Source of the DNA: an uncultured delta proteobacterium
Lineage (GTDB): Bacteria; Desulfobacterota; Binatia; Binatales; Binataceae
DNA length: 64,000 nt
NCBI GenBank assembly: GCA_963724765.1
Contig: CAVRVY010000004.1
Location: 1,632,001-1,696,000, forward strand
Reading direction: 5' to 3'
The notes beneath the pieces are model-generated. The model did not search any database and was not told where the DNA came from. It saw nothing but the letters and a program-made list of their open reading frames with translations. A program made the position numbers and the translations under genes. Shown here in pieces: positions 53,223 to 63,670 of the stretch; position 1 is the first letter of the stretch; each line of letters begins with the position of its first letter.

Positions 53223-53711
53223 ATGGCCAAGACTAGTGCAGGATTGGTGATGTACCGAGTTCCGAACAATCGACTGCAGGTGCTCCTGGTCCATCTCGGA
53301 GGTCCTTTTTGGGCTAAGAAGGACGAAGGAGCCTGGTTTATTCCGAAAGGGGAACTCTCCCCGGCCGAGGATGAGTTTGCCGCCGCAGAGCGAGAGTTTC
53401 GGGAGGAAACCGGCTTCGAGCCTCACGGCAACTTCATCTCGCTGGGCAGCGTTAAGCTTAAAGGAGGCAAGATAGTTTATGCATGGGCTTTCGAGGGCGA
53501 TTGCGACCCCTCATCGATAAGAAGCAATAGCTTTACTATGGAGTGGCCTCCGCGCTCTGGTAACAAAAGGGCGTTCCCTGAAATAGATCGAGCGCAGTTC
53601 TTTACCGTCGAGCAAGCGAGAGCAAAGAGCAACACCGCCGAATTCGAATTTATTAATCGACTAGAGAAAATTTGTATCGAGCGAGGTGCCATCCGCCCCA
53701 GCTCCTCCTAG
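53223..53711 (+). CDS. NUDIX hydrolase
   Basis: Nudix box PKGE...AAEREFREETG; EWPPRSG...FPEIDR. Confidence 0.9.
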   Translation: MAKTSAGLVMYRVPNNRLQVLLVHLGGPFWAKKDEGAWFIPKGELSPAEDEFAAAEREFREETGFEPHGNFISLGSVKLKGGKIVYAWAFEGDCDPSSIRSNSFTMEWPPRSGNKRAFPEIDRAQFFTVEQARAKSNTAEFEFINRLEKICIERGAIRPSSS

Positions 53712-53999
53712 GAGCGTGGCCCGAGCAAAGAAACCTGACCCGAAAAATGGAACTCATTCGCAGGATCGGATCAAGCACTTGAAGAGCTTTTGAAGAACCC
53801 ATTCCCAGCGCCTCGATCTCCGCGGGCGAGCTGTTCGAGGTAGGCTTTTGGAAAGTGAGCTTACGAAGAGTATTTCTTTGAGTGCTGACAATAACCATTC
53901 CGCGATAGCGGTGTCCTTATAGGACCATGCGGTTCAAGCCCTCGGTTTCTAGTTAATCATGAGCGGCGCGTGGCGGCATGATCTCATACCGGTTCTGAG

Positions 54000-55478
54000 T
54001 GTTCCCCGTCAGCACAAGTTGGACAGAATGGTTTGATTGAGGAAGAGAGGGTGTTTGGCTCATCTTAACCGCGCAAGAGCGGAGATGAGATCGAAAGTGG
54101 AGCCGCATTCGGAGGAAGCGGAGAAGGCGGTACGGGATATCCGGCGGGCGACCCGCCGGCAGTACTCGGCGGAAGAGAAGGTTCGGATCGTGATTGCGGG
54201 TCTGCGCGGCGAGGACAGCGTGGCTGAGCTGTGCCGCAAGGAGGGCATCAACCAAACCTGTATTATCGCTGGTCGAAGGACTTCCTGGAGGCCGGAAAGA
54301 AGCGGCTGGCGGGTGATACCGCGCGCGAGGCGACCAGCGATGAGGCGAAGGGTTTGCGCACGGAGACTCACCAACTCAAGGAGCTGCTGGCCGAGCTGAT
54401 GGTGGAGAACCGCCTGCTGAAAAAAAAACGTGCTCGGGGATGGGGAGTCCGATATATGAGATACCCGGCCGCTGAGAAGCTGGAAATCATCCGGCTGGTC
54501 GAGCAGTCGTCGTTGTCGGTGCGGCGCACCCTGGCCCAGCTCGGCATCCCGCGCTCCACCTTCTACGCCTGGTACGAGCGCTATCTGGCGCGCGGCGCCG
54601 GGTCTGGAATAAGCTGCCGGATACCGTGGCTGGAGCAGTGCTTGAGCTCGCGCTCAAAGAGCCAGCGCTGTCACCGCGGGAGCTGGCGATCTCCTTCGTC
54701 GACCAGCAACGCTACTTTGTCTCGGAATCATCGGGCTATCGGCTCCTGAAGGCGCACGACCTGATCACCAGTCCGGCCTTCATCCTGATGAAAGCGGCCG
54801 ATAGCTTCGCCCAGCCAACCAGCGCACCCAATCAGCTCTGGCAAACCGACTTTACCTACCTGCGGGTGATCGGCTGGGGCTGGTTCTATCTGTCGACCGT
54901 GCTCGATGATTTCTCGCGCTACATCCTGGCCTGGAAGCTGTGCACGACCATGACCGCCACCGATGTCTCTGACACATTGACGATCGCCCTGCGTAGTTCC
55001 GGCTTGGAGCGCGTCCGGGTCCGGCACCGACCGCGGCTGCTGAGCGACAACGGGCCGTCCTACCTCTCCGCCCAGCTCGGTTCCTGGGTCGCGGAGCATG
55101 GCCTGACGCACACCCGCGGCAAGCCCTATCACCCGATGACCCAGGGCAAGATCGAGCGCTGCCACCGCTCCATGAAGAACCAGATCTTGCTCGAGAACTA
55201 ACTACTTGCCAGGTCAGCTCGAACAGCGCCTGGCCGAGTTCGTCGCTTACTACAACCTGCGGCCCGCTACCACGAGAGTCTAAACAATCTGGCCCCGGCC
55301 GATGTCTACTTCGGCCGGGGTCAAACCATCCTGACCCGGAGGGAAAACATCAAGCTCAAAACCATCGAGCTACGACGCCGGCTGCATCATGCACCTGCAG
55401 CCCCAACTTCAACTCAGATGGACCAGATCCTCTCTTAAATTTATTGCTAACTTGTCCGAAAGGTTCTGACGACATACA
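54000..55478 (+). mobile_element. IS3-family insertion sequence, degraded
   Basis: Imperfect TIRs TGTTCCCCGTCAG...GGACA / TGTATGTCGTCAG...GGACA; OrfA RRQYSAEEKVRIV; A9 slippery site near 54420; OrfB WQTDFTY, SDNGPSY, QGKIER; extra frameshifts and a stop. Confidence 0.92.
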
Positions 55479-55696
55479 GCAGCCTTGGGCAAGCGCGCAG
55501 AAGTGACTGAGGAGGGAGTAACAGAAACTCTTGCATCCATCTGCGAGCCGCGGACATCGCACGAAATGGCTGTGGCGGCGAGCCAGGCTGCGTGATCGAC
55601 CATAGTCTGTATGAGGGCGGGCGGGCCGCCGCCCGCCCGTCGTTTAACGCCTGAACGGTTTGTCACGACGGGAAACAGGGAACTTTACAACATGAG

Positions 55697-55894
55697 ATGT
55701 CCGCTTGTGGAAGCACAAGCATGCATTTCGACGAACGGGCAGAAGGATCGATAAGTGCTTACTGCGTCCGATGCGGTACGCTTGCGAAACAGTCCAAGCC
55801 TTTTTGCGAGCAGTGTGGCAAGAAGGTCGTCGAGGAACTCCTCGATGCTCATCATGTGTGCGCGCAGGGCCGAGAGCTTCCGTCTGTCGGTTGA
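55697..55894 (+). CDS. Small zinc-ribbon-like protein
   Basis: CVRC...CEQC; start may be 55721. Confidence 0.4.
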   Translation: MSACGSTSMHFDERAEGSISAYCVRCGTLAKQSKPFCEQCGKKVVEELLDAHHVCAQGRELPSVG

Positions 55895-56077
55895 TTAGCT
55901 GCAACGCAAATAAGGCTGACCCTTCACGGTCATTGCTGCCCGGGCGATGCGCTTTTTTGGCCGGATGCTTTTTCATTTTCGGCGCCTCCGGATTATGTGG
56001 TCTTTTCAGGCACAGGCACATTTGTGCTTATCAATGCAGAGCAGACCGACAGGAAATTCCGATCTCCGATTTTGGCT

Positions 56078-56093
56078 TGGCACAAAGTTCGCT
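56078..56093 (+). promoter_or_regulatory. Sigma-54-like promoter
   Basis: TGGCACA-AAGT-TCGCT about 50 bp upstream of the DksA-like gene. Confidence 0.55.
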
Positions 56094-56141
56094 CCTCTAA
56101 TTCTCACGTCCGAACTAGAGGCAGTTTAGGTTTAAGAGTCC

Positions 56142-56726
56142 ATGCTTCAACGCGAATGGCGGGTTCAAAATAGGTCGAATAATCTAAGGATTTCCTGATG
56201 CACGAAAAGAATCTCGCCCTGGCCCGGGTGCACGATTATCGGACCGCTCAGGAGCAGGATGCAACACCGCCGCCCCAGTGACGAACTCGATAGTGCGCGC
56301 GCCCTTTCCGATGTAGAGACGAACGCAAGCCTTATAGAACGGGTAGAGGAACGCCTTCGAGCCATCGATTCCGCACTCGATCTTTCTGGAGCAGGGCCGC
56401 TATGGAAGTGCACTCAGTGTGGAGAGGAAATTCCTATGGAGCGGCTGCGAGCGCTGCCCCTTGCCACGCGTTGCGTACATTGCCAGAAGGAGGAAAACTG
56501 CACACGGCATGTCGACGAAAGAACGGTGGATGAGCCTTTCGGCCGGAAGTGGGACCTTCCGGAGGAAATGGCCGAAGCGACCGAAACGTCGCGTGATGAG
56601 TACGTAAACCTTTTCGGAGCGGGGCGCTGGCGAAGAGGAGCCTCCGTTTGCGCCCGATTTGGAAACGAGCAGGCGAAGACGCCGTGGAAGGCCGCGCAAG
56701 GGATCTGCTACCCAAGGGCCAAATGA
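56142..56726 (+). pseudogene. TraR/DksA C4 zinc-finger protein with frameshifts
   Basis: MHEKNLALARV...SDELDSA...ERLRAIDSAL...CTQCGEEIPMERLRALPLATRCVHC. Confidence 0.78.
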
Positions 56727-56769
56727 CCAGAGGCGGGTGAGGTGACTCCAAAGGCGCCACGGTCAATCT

Positions 56770-57513
56770 ATGAGAGTCGTATCCAAGGCTAATTCACGAA
56801 CCGCAAAAAGGCGGCCACTTGAGCGCAACAACCGCTCACCCGCCGGACTGGTTCAAGCGCTTGGAGGAAAATTCTCGCGGCAGCTGGGAATACATCTCGC
56901 CAGCCGCAAATCATCTGAAATTTTCAAATGGTTTCTGGCCTCGATATTGTTTGGCGCGAGGATTTCGGAGACCATCGCCGTCCACACATACAGAAAATTT
57001 GAAAATGAGGGACTCGTCGACCCGAGGCAGATCGTTGATCGGGGATGGGACGGGCTGACGGTGGTTCTGGATAGGGGAGGCTACGTCCGCTATGACTTCA
57101 AAACCGCTACCAAGCTGCTCGACGTCAGCCGCGCACTGCTGGAAAAATATGGCGGCAATCTGAACACTCTGCACGCTACAGCTCCGGACGCGCGCGACCT
57201 CGAAAGAAGACTTAAGGCGCTGGGTAAAGGCATCGGCGACGTGACCATTAACATCTTCCTGAGAGAACTACGGGGCATCTGGCCCAAGGCCGAGCCTTTA
57301 CCCTCTGAGCTCGTGTTGACAGCGGCCAAGAATCTGGGACTGATTCCGAGGGCAAGCGATGAGCGTGCCGCCCTTCAGTTGCTTAAGGAAGAATGGAGAC
57401 GCGATGGTAACGACCCGAGGGGATTTGCCGATTTCGAAGCGGCTCTCGTGAGGAGGGGCCTCGCTTTGCGCAAGGAGAGCCGCTCTCAAGGCGCGAGCAG
57501 GAAATCTCACTGA
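56770..57513 (+). CDS. HhH-GPD-like DNA glycosylase-fold protein
   Basis: FKWFLASILFGARIS, GGYVRYD, HhH LGKGIGDVTINIFLRELR. Confidence 0.75.
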   Translation: MRVVSKANSRTAKRRPLERNNRSPAGLVQALGGKFSRQLGIHLASRKSSEIFKWFLASILFGARISETIAVHTYRKFENEGLVDPRQIVDRGWDGLTVVLDRGGYVRYDFKTATKLLDVSRALLEKYGGNLNTLHATAPDARDLERRLKALGKGIGDVTINIFLRELRGIWPKAEPLPSELVLTAAKNLGLIPRASDERAALQLLKEEWRRDGNDPRGFADFEAALVRRGLALRKESRSQGASRKSH

Positions 57514-57654
57514 AGACGGGTGTTGCTAGTCGGACTCGACTCCGAGCGCCGGGCTCGACGCCTCTGCTGGCCTGAGCGTGCGGAAGGGTGGCCCTCATAG
57601 ATTCGAAGTCGAGGCATCCAGAGGGAACAAGTGCGGGTCGCAGCAAAAGCGCTT

Positions 57655-58665
57655 CTACACGCCCGGGATTTCCAGCGTTGCCCGCGCATCGAGCCAGCGC
57701 GAGCGAGTTCCGAGGCGTTCGCACAGCCGCCTCATTTTGAGCGCGATCACCCTTGCTCTCTCGCCTTGCGCCATCCTCGCCTGACAGCCGGTGATCACCG
57801 TGGGTAGCAGAGTCATGCGCGTCATCCGGGCGCCGTCCATCTCGAGCATGAAGATGAACGATTCATCGTTGCGGTCAACCTCGTCGACCGCGTAGTCGTC
57901 AATGAAATTGCCCGTGCAGTACATGATCGGGCGACCCTTGTATAGCTCGATTCCTTGAGAAACATGCCCGGAATGGCCGAATACGATGTCCGTGCCGGCT
58001 TCGATCAGCGCATGGCCGAAGCGCACGTGCGCGGCGAGCGGTTCGTGGCCCCAGTTCGGGCCCCAGTGCGCGGAAACGACAACCAAATTGTTCCGTTTGC
58101 GCGTCTCGCGCACCGTCTCGAACAGTCTCCCAGCGCGCTCGTCGCTGACGTCGATTGGCAGATAGAAGAGGCCAGGACTCTGCGGGCCCGCCTCCCATTC
58201 CGGTTCGTTGTCGGTGAACGCGATCAGCCCTATCGATGTGCCCTTTACAACAGAGACCCCGGGTCGGACCGCCTCGGCTGGATTGGTTCCCGCCCCTGCG
58301 TGCTGGATTCCGGCACGGTCGAGCAGCTTCAGCATGTCGAGCATAGCATCGTACCCGAAATCCAGCGCATGGTTGTTGGCCAGCGAAACCGCATCGATTC
58401 CAGCCGCCCTTAGGACCGCGACATTCTTGGCGTCCGAGCGAAAATGGAACTCTTTGGGAGTTCTCGACCACGGCCGGCCGCGGTCGGAAATCACGCATTC
58501 GAGATTGCAGGCGCGCCAATCCGCTGCTTGAAGCTGAGTCCTAGTGTCGCCCCACGGGTAATCGGCATCAACCCGCCGGAGAAGGTCATTGACCATCCTG
58601 CCCAGCATTACATCGCCAACGAACAAGAGTCTCATGCGGCCGGCGGCGTCGGATTTCATAGCCAA
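57655..58665 (-). CDS. CapA (PGA_cap) metallophosphoesterase-family protein
   Basis: GDVMLGR, NLEC, LANNHALDFG, SAHWG, GHSGH, GNFIDDY; start may be 58635. Confidence 0.92.
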   Translation of the reverse strand: MAMKSDAAGRMRLLFVGDVMLGRMVNDLLRRVDADYPWGDTRTQLQAADWRACNLECVISDRGRPWSRTPKEFHFRSDAKNVAVLRAAGIDAVSLANNHALDFGYDAMLDMLKLLDRAGIQHAGAGTNPAEAVRPGVSVVKGTSIGLIAFTDNEPEWEAGPQSPGLFYLPIDVSDERAGRLFETVRETRKRNNLVVVSAHWGPNWGHEPLAAHVRFGHALIEAGTDIVFGHSGHVSQGIELYKGRPIMYCTGNFIDDYAVDEVDRNDESFIFMLEMDGARMTRMTLLPTVITGCQARMAQGERARVIALKMRRLCERLGTRSRWLDARATLEIPGV

Positions 58666-58707
58666 GCGAGAGGTCAGTTTGATCGGTGGAGCCGATCGTC
58701 CAGCGAT

Positions 58708-58914
58708 TCATCCGTTTCCTTCTGAAACGATAGTCTCATCGGGAAAGAGAAAGGTCGTACCTCCGTCATGGAAGCGGACGAGAAACATTCGGCGACCGAG
58801 ATTCTCAATCTTTCTCAGAATCTCTGGCGCTTCACCAAACCACATGTCCCTCGCGATCCCGAATCGGCTTGACTAGCGAGCAATCTTTACGACTGCTTCT
58901 TAGACACGCTTCCA
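58708..58914 (-). pseudogene. Small hypothetical protein with one frameshift (not in ORF track)
   Basis: MEACLRSSRKDCSLVKPIRDREGH/WFGEAPEILRKIENLGRRMFLVRFHDGGTTFLFPDE; GGAG RBS; follows a sigma-54 site. Confidence 0.4.
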
Positions 58915-58956
58915 TAGCGGTTCTCCAAGTTTCTGAACGATGACACATTCCACCGA

Positions 58957-58972
58957 GGCAACCCGCGTGCCA
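58957..58972 (-). promoter_or_regulatory. Sigma-54 promoter (consensus match)
   Basis: TGGCACG-CGGG-TTGCC on the minus strand. Confidence 0.7.
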
Positions 58973-59141
58973 GACCACATCAAACGTGTTCGCAGATTCG
59001 CGCCACAGTCACGGGCCGCGATCGGTAAGCATGCGAAAATTCTGGTAACGCCTGGGGTAATTGGAAGTCTCCACGCCGCCCCACTGGGACATTGATGCCC
59101 CAATTCTGCTCCCGTGAGGGAAAATTTCTTTCGCTCTGCGG

Positions 59142-59612
59142 CTAAGCGGCTCCCGCAGCATAGCCGATCGGTAGCAGGGCTATTGGTCGCCAATCCGGCT
59201 TGATTTCTTTCCGAAAGATGCTTCGCACGGCTTCTTCGTCGAACGCGCCCACCCAGCACGCGCCCAATCCTGACTCGACTGCCTGAATCCACGCAAAGCT
59301 CGCGGCGATGGTTGCATCCTGAATCGAGAAGAGCCTCCTGCCTCGTTCGCCGTATTTCGCCCCTGATCGTGACTCAACGGCCCAGAAGACCAGCACTGCC
59401 GGCGCTTGGGCGATGAATTCCTGGCCGAAGGCCGCGTTGACAAGCTGCTCCCTCGTTTCGTCTTCGATGACGACAAAGACCTCCCGCGCTTTCAGACCGC
59501 CGGCAGACGGCGCGGAGTTGATGGCGTCAAGGATCTTGCGGAGTTGTTCACGGCTTGGCTTGCGTTCCAGGAAGCTCCTGACGGAATGACGTTTGTTGAG
59601 TACGTCTAGCAT
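59142..59612 (-). CDS. Nitroreductase-family protein
   Basis: KRHSVRSF, APSAGG, QDATIA, GLGACWVGAF, PIGY. Confidence 0.9.
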   Translation of the reverse strand: MLDVLNKRHSVRSFLERKPSREQLRKILDAINSAPSAGGLKAREVFVVIEDETREQLVNAAFGQEFIAQAPAVLVFWAVESRSGAKYGERGRRLFSIQDATIAASFAWIQAVESGLGACWVGAFDEEAVRSIFRKEIKPDWRPIALLPIGYAAGAA

Positions 59613-59873
59613 CGCAACTCGCACGCTCAAAATAACTGAACGCTTTCTCGTCTGACACGACAACGCCGCCGTATCGGTGCTTTTAACAAGCAAGCCCCGC
59701 GCCGATCGTGCGTTTCCTTAAGGCAGCGTCTCTGTATCCATTCGCGCCAGCTTACAATTCGGATGGCTCGATCGGAGCCAGACACGGAACCTGTGGCTTC
59801 GTGCAAGGCGTGCCGAGCATAAAAGACAAGGGCCAACCGTCGCGGCGGCATGTTTCATGCTCGAGTTTTGAGC

Positions 59874-60422
59874 ATGAAAATCTGGGAATTGATGGAGCGC
59901 GATGTAGCATCGTGCGCCCGGACCGACTCGTTGAACGTTGCAGCGCGCATCATGTGGGAGCGCGATTGCGGATGCGTTCCGGTGGTCGATCGAAATAATG
60001 TTGTCGTGGGAATGGTCACCGATCGCGACATCTGCATGGGTGCATATACCCAGGGGCGATCGTTGCACCTGATCCAAGTGCAGGACGTGATGGCGAGGCC
60101 GGCGGTTTCGTGCGAGCCGGAGGACGACTTGGTCACAGTGGAGAGCCTGATGCGTGACAACAAGATCCGCCGGCTTCCCGTATGTGATGTGGACGGCAAG
60201 CTGGTCGGCATGATCTCGCTCAGTGATATCGCGGTCGAGAGTGAGCGCGAACGGCGGGCGGGCAGGGACCGCTCGATACGCAGCACAGAGGTCGCGGATA
60301 TCCTGGGCGCGGTTTCCCAGCCTCGCTCGCATGCGGTCGCGCCAATTCCGTTCGCGCCCGAGGCGGGAGAGGTGGAATTCACGCCCAAGCCGCCGATCAA
60401 GCGAGGGCAAACCTACAGATAG
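59874..60422 (+). CDS. CBS domain-containing protein (paralogue of 47910-48374)
   Basis: MWERDCGCVP, TDRDIC, IRRLPV, GMISLSDI. Confidence 0.9.
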   Translation: MKIWELMERDVASCARTDSLNVAARIMWERDCGCVPVVDRNNVVVGMVTDRDICMGAYTQGRSLHLIQVQDVMARPAVSCEPEDDLVTVESLMRDNKIRRLPVCDVDGKLVGMISLSDIAVESERERRAGRDRSIRSTEVADILGAVSQPRSHAVAPIPFAPEAGEVEFTPKPPIKRGQTYR

Positions 60423-60722
60423 CGCAGGTGAGCCATGGAAGAGGAAAAATTCTCCGGTCGGTCGCCGAGCAATTGGGCGTTGATCAAGAATGCGCTTGGG
60501 CAATCATTTCTGCTGTCTTTCGTGAATTGTATGATCGTTTAACCCCAAAAGAGGCCGCCGATGCCGGTGCGCAGATGCCGCAGCGGTGAAAAGTCCTATG
60601 GGCGTCGTTCGAATCCCCGGGAAGGGAAGTCAAACGCATCCACAAGGCGGAGTTCGTCAGAAAGGTCTCCGAGCTCGCAGAGATCCCGGAGAGTGAAGCT
60701 GCGCACGCGGTTAGAGGAAGTT

Positions 60723-61274
60723 ATGCAACGGCCTTTGAAAATAACCTCGCGCGATTTCTCACTCAGCGAAGCCGTCGAGACCGAGATTCGCGAGAAAGCA
60801 AGCGCACTCGAGAACTATTACGAACGGCTAAGCGGCTGCGAAGTGACAGTGCAGGCGCCTGCCATCAAGCATCATCGCAAGGGCGGTCCGTTCCTCGTAG
60901 GAATCCGCCTGACGGTTCCCGGAAAAGAGCTGGCTGTAGATCGCCAGGCCGAAGAGGAGCTGTCGCAGGCAATCCGTGAAGCATTCGATGCCGCGCGTCG
61001 GCAGTTGGAAGACTATGTTCGGGAACTGCGCGGCGCGGTAAAGACGCACGAAGCTGCAGCGCTCGGCCGCGTCGCTCGCCTCGAACCCGAACTCGACTAC
61101 GGCATTATCGAGACCCCCGACAACCGCGAGATTTACTTCCATCGCAATAGCGTGCTCGGCGCTGACTTCGACAAGTTGGAGATAGGGGCGGAGGTCCGCT
61201 TTGTCGAGGAGGAAGGCGAGCAAGGTCCTCAGGCCAGCACCGTGGTCGTGAGGAAGATGGCATCGCATCGTTGA
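60723..61274 (+). CDS. HPF/RaiA ribosome hibernation factor fused to a cold-shock domain
   Basis: MQRPLKIT...AIREAFDAARRQLEDY; YGIIETPDNREIYFHRNSV...GPQASTV. Confidence 0.92.
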   Translation: MQRPLKITSRDFSLSEAVETEIREKASALENYYERLSGCEVTVQAPAIKHHRKGGPFLVGIRLTVPGKELAVDRQAEEELSQAIREAFDAARRQLEDYVRELRGAVKTHEAAALGRVARLEPELDYGIIETPDNREIYFHRNSVLGADFDKLEIGAEVRFVEEEGEQGPQASTVVVRKMASHR

Positions 61275-61480
61275 TGATATCCATCGTTCGGGCAATCGCG
61301 TATATGTAGCGGCCAGGCAGCGGCTCCTGGTCTTCGTGCTGGTCGAAATCACTCGGTGCGATGCAGCGCTGGCAAGCCAAGCTTGGAACATAACGATCGT
61401 GCAGCAGGGGCGGAGCCCAACTAGCGATCACGATCGAGCCTAGCCGCCTGATGTGCATCGCGCTCACGCAGCGCGGAGCT

Positions 61481-61966
61481 ATGAAAAGAATATCGTTGAT
61501 CTCAGAGGCCGCCGCTATACTTAGACCTCGACGAGTGGCCGAGCGACAGCTCGAAGGCGCTTTGAATATACTCGGCTCTCAGTCCGTGCCCATTGAGACC
61601 GCTATTGATTACGGTCCCAGCATTTCCGCCGGAACTTCGCTATGCATCGTGGCAGAGTTCGAGCACACAGTTATCGGTATGGATAACCTCGGGGCAAGAA
61701 GCAAGCTGGCAGAGACCGTTGGCAAGGAAGCGGCTATTGTTTTCTCCCGAGAACTTCAATCGATGGCCTGCGTCGATCGACAGATGGCGGATCAGATTCT
61801 TCCGTACCTGGCGCTTGCGGGTGATGGCAGTCGCGTCACAGTGTCGGAAATAACCAGCCACTGCCGCACGAATATGTGGGTAATCGAGCAGTTTCTCGAC
61901 GGCAGGTTTGAGGTAAACGGTAACCTAATTTGTTGGGCTAAACGGTCGACGGTGTCTAGTTGCTGA
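61481..61966 (+). pseudogene. rtcA: RNA 3'-terminal phosphate cyclase, C-terminal half only
   Basis: VAERQ, AETVGKEAA, VDRQMADQILPYLALA, SHCRTNMWVIEQF. Confidence 0.8.
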
Positions 61967-62355
61967 CGTTGTTTGAGCGATCTTATCGGACGCCCTGGAT
62001 GAGGCTGCGGTACTCGGGCTCGTAAACTTGCGATTCGATGAAAAAACCGGAGTTTCCTTAGGCTCCCACGCGCTGAGCGTCTGTCCTGGACGCGATCCGT
62101 AACGATAAGCGGTCAACCCCCTTGAGCCGAAGCTGATGCGCTGTCAGGAAGATTTCACGTACCGCCTGCGGGCTTGCATCGGCTGGAAGATTCACCGTTT
62201 TCGAAACGGCGGCGTCGACGTGTTCCTGGAAGGCAGCCTGCATCCGTAGGTGAAGTTGCGGTTCGATCTCGTGCGCGACCGGAAACCGACGTTTGACCTC
62301 CTTGAGTATCGCGGCTTCACTAATCGAGCCGCTCCGGCGCACCAATGTCATCGCT
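61925..62355 (-). pseudogene. nrdJ: C-terminal fragment of class II (B12) ribonucleotide reductase
   Basis: AHEIEPQLHLRMQAAFQEHVDAAVSKTVNLP...KGV/TAYRYGSR..Q.L. Confidence 0.8.
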
Positions 62356-62709
62356 TCATCGTACAGTGCCTTGCGCAATAATTGGAATCCCAACGGCCAA
62401 CGACCGCTAACCTGGCTCGCGGGTTATCTGCGCAATCGTGGTATCGAAGAGATTTTTCTCTGCGGTCTAGCGCGCGACTTCTGCGTCAAATGGACTGCGG
62501 AGGACGTCGTTCAAGAAGGTTTCAGCGTCTGCGTATTGTGGGACCTCTGTCGGTCGATCGAGCCTTCGTCGGACCAAGCTCTACATGAGAGTCTAATCGC
62601 TCGCGGTGTCGAGATCATCGAAACGCCCCAACTTTACCGTTCAGTTTTCGGATTCGTGGCGAACGCATCGCGCAAATCCGCGTTGAGCTATTTCTGCTCG
62701 GAGGAGTAG
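62356..62709 (+). pseudogene. pncA: C-terminal fragment of nicotinamidase
   Basis: SYSALRNNW...LAGYLRNRGI...CGLARDFCVKWTAED. Confidence 0.8.
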
Positions 62710-62776
62710 CACCCAACGTCGGTACGCAACCAGATACTTACGAAGGAGTCTAATCCTTGAGGCTTGTCGGACCTGA

Positions 62777-62792
62777 TGGCACGCAAATCGCA
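62777..62792 (+). promoter_or_regulatory. Sigma-54-like promoter
   Basis: TGGCACG-CAAA-TCGCA 70 bp upstream of the USP-CBS gene. Confidence 0.55.
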
Positions 62793-62862
62793 TTGTTCTA
62801 AATGAAGCCAGCGCCAGCGACAATGCCCGGACACGCTTCGGGTTTAGAGCCGGAGGTTTGCG

Positions 62863-63666
62863 ATGGGCCCGATGTTCTCTACGATTCTTTGCGCAGTCGA
62901 CCTCGACGACAACTCCCTCATGGCGCTGGACGTCGCCAGAAAGATTGCACAGCGAGACACCGCGCGGTTGGTCGTTCTGCACGTGCTGCCAACCAAATTG
63001 TCTCCTACCAGGAAACTAAACCTCGACCTTTTCCTGGTTAAGGAAGGCGAGGATCGGAGGTTCTTGGAAGGATTGATGCGCGACCGCTTCGGGGATCTTC
63101 CATTCGAGGTGCTCACTCGCTCCGGGTATCCGGAGGTCGCAATCCTTCATGTCGCTGACGAGGTTCACGCAGAATTGCTTGTGATGGCCACTCATACGCG
63201 CGGCGTTATATCCCATCAATTCGTGGGCAGCGTGGCGGAGAAAGTCGTTCGCCAATCGAAATGTCCGGTGCTGATGGTTCCGGCGCCAGTGCGCGGAAAT
63301 GTCGAGATGGTCAGTGCATGGATGACGGCTAACCCGGCTACGACAAGTCCAGAGAACACCTTGGCAGAGGCTTACGCGAGAATGCGCGAGGGTGGCTTTC
63401 GCTGCATCCCCGTTGTCGAAAGCGGCGAACTGGTGGGGATGATTACCGATCGCGATATCCGAAATCGCGCCGGCGAACTGGAAGACTTCGAGGTTAGGCA
63501 GGCGATGACCGCTGAGGTGGTTACGGTTGCGCCGACAACGTCGGTTCAGGAGGCCGCGCGCCTGCTGCTCGAATGCAAGGTCGGCGGTTTGCCGGTGCTG
63601 GAGGACGGACGGGTGATCGGAATCATTACGGTCGAAGACGTGATCAAGTTCATGCTCAACGAGTAA
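62863..63666 (+). CDS. Universal stress protein - CBS pair fusion
   Basis: ILCAVD...GSVAEKVVRQSKCPVL followed by two CBS domains (GMITDRDI, GIITVEDV). Confidence 0.9.
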   Translation: MGPMFSTILCAVDLDDNSLMALDVARKIAQRDTARLVVLHVLPTKLSPTRKLNLDLFLVKEGEDRRFLEGLMRDRFGDLPFEVLTRSGYPEVAILHVADEVHAELLVMATHTRGVISHQFVGSVAEKVVRQSKCPVLMVPAPVRGNVEMVSAWMTANPATTSPENTLAEAYARMREGGFRCIPVVESGELVGMITDRDIRNRAGELEDFEVRQAMTAEVVTVAPTTSVQEAARLLLECKVGGLPVLEDGRVIGIITVEDVIKFMLNE

Positions 63667-63670
63667 GTAC

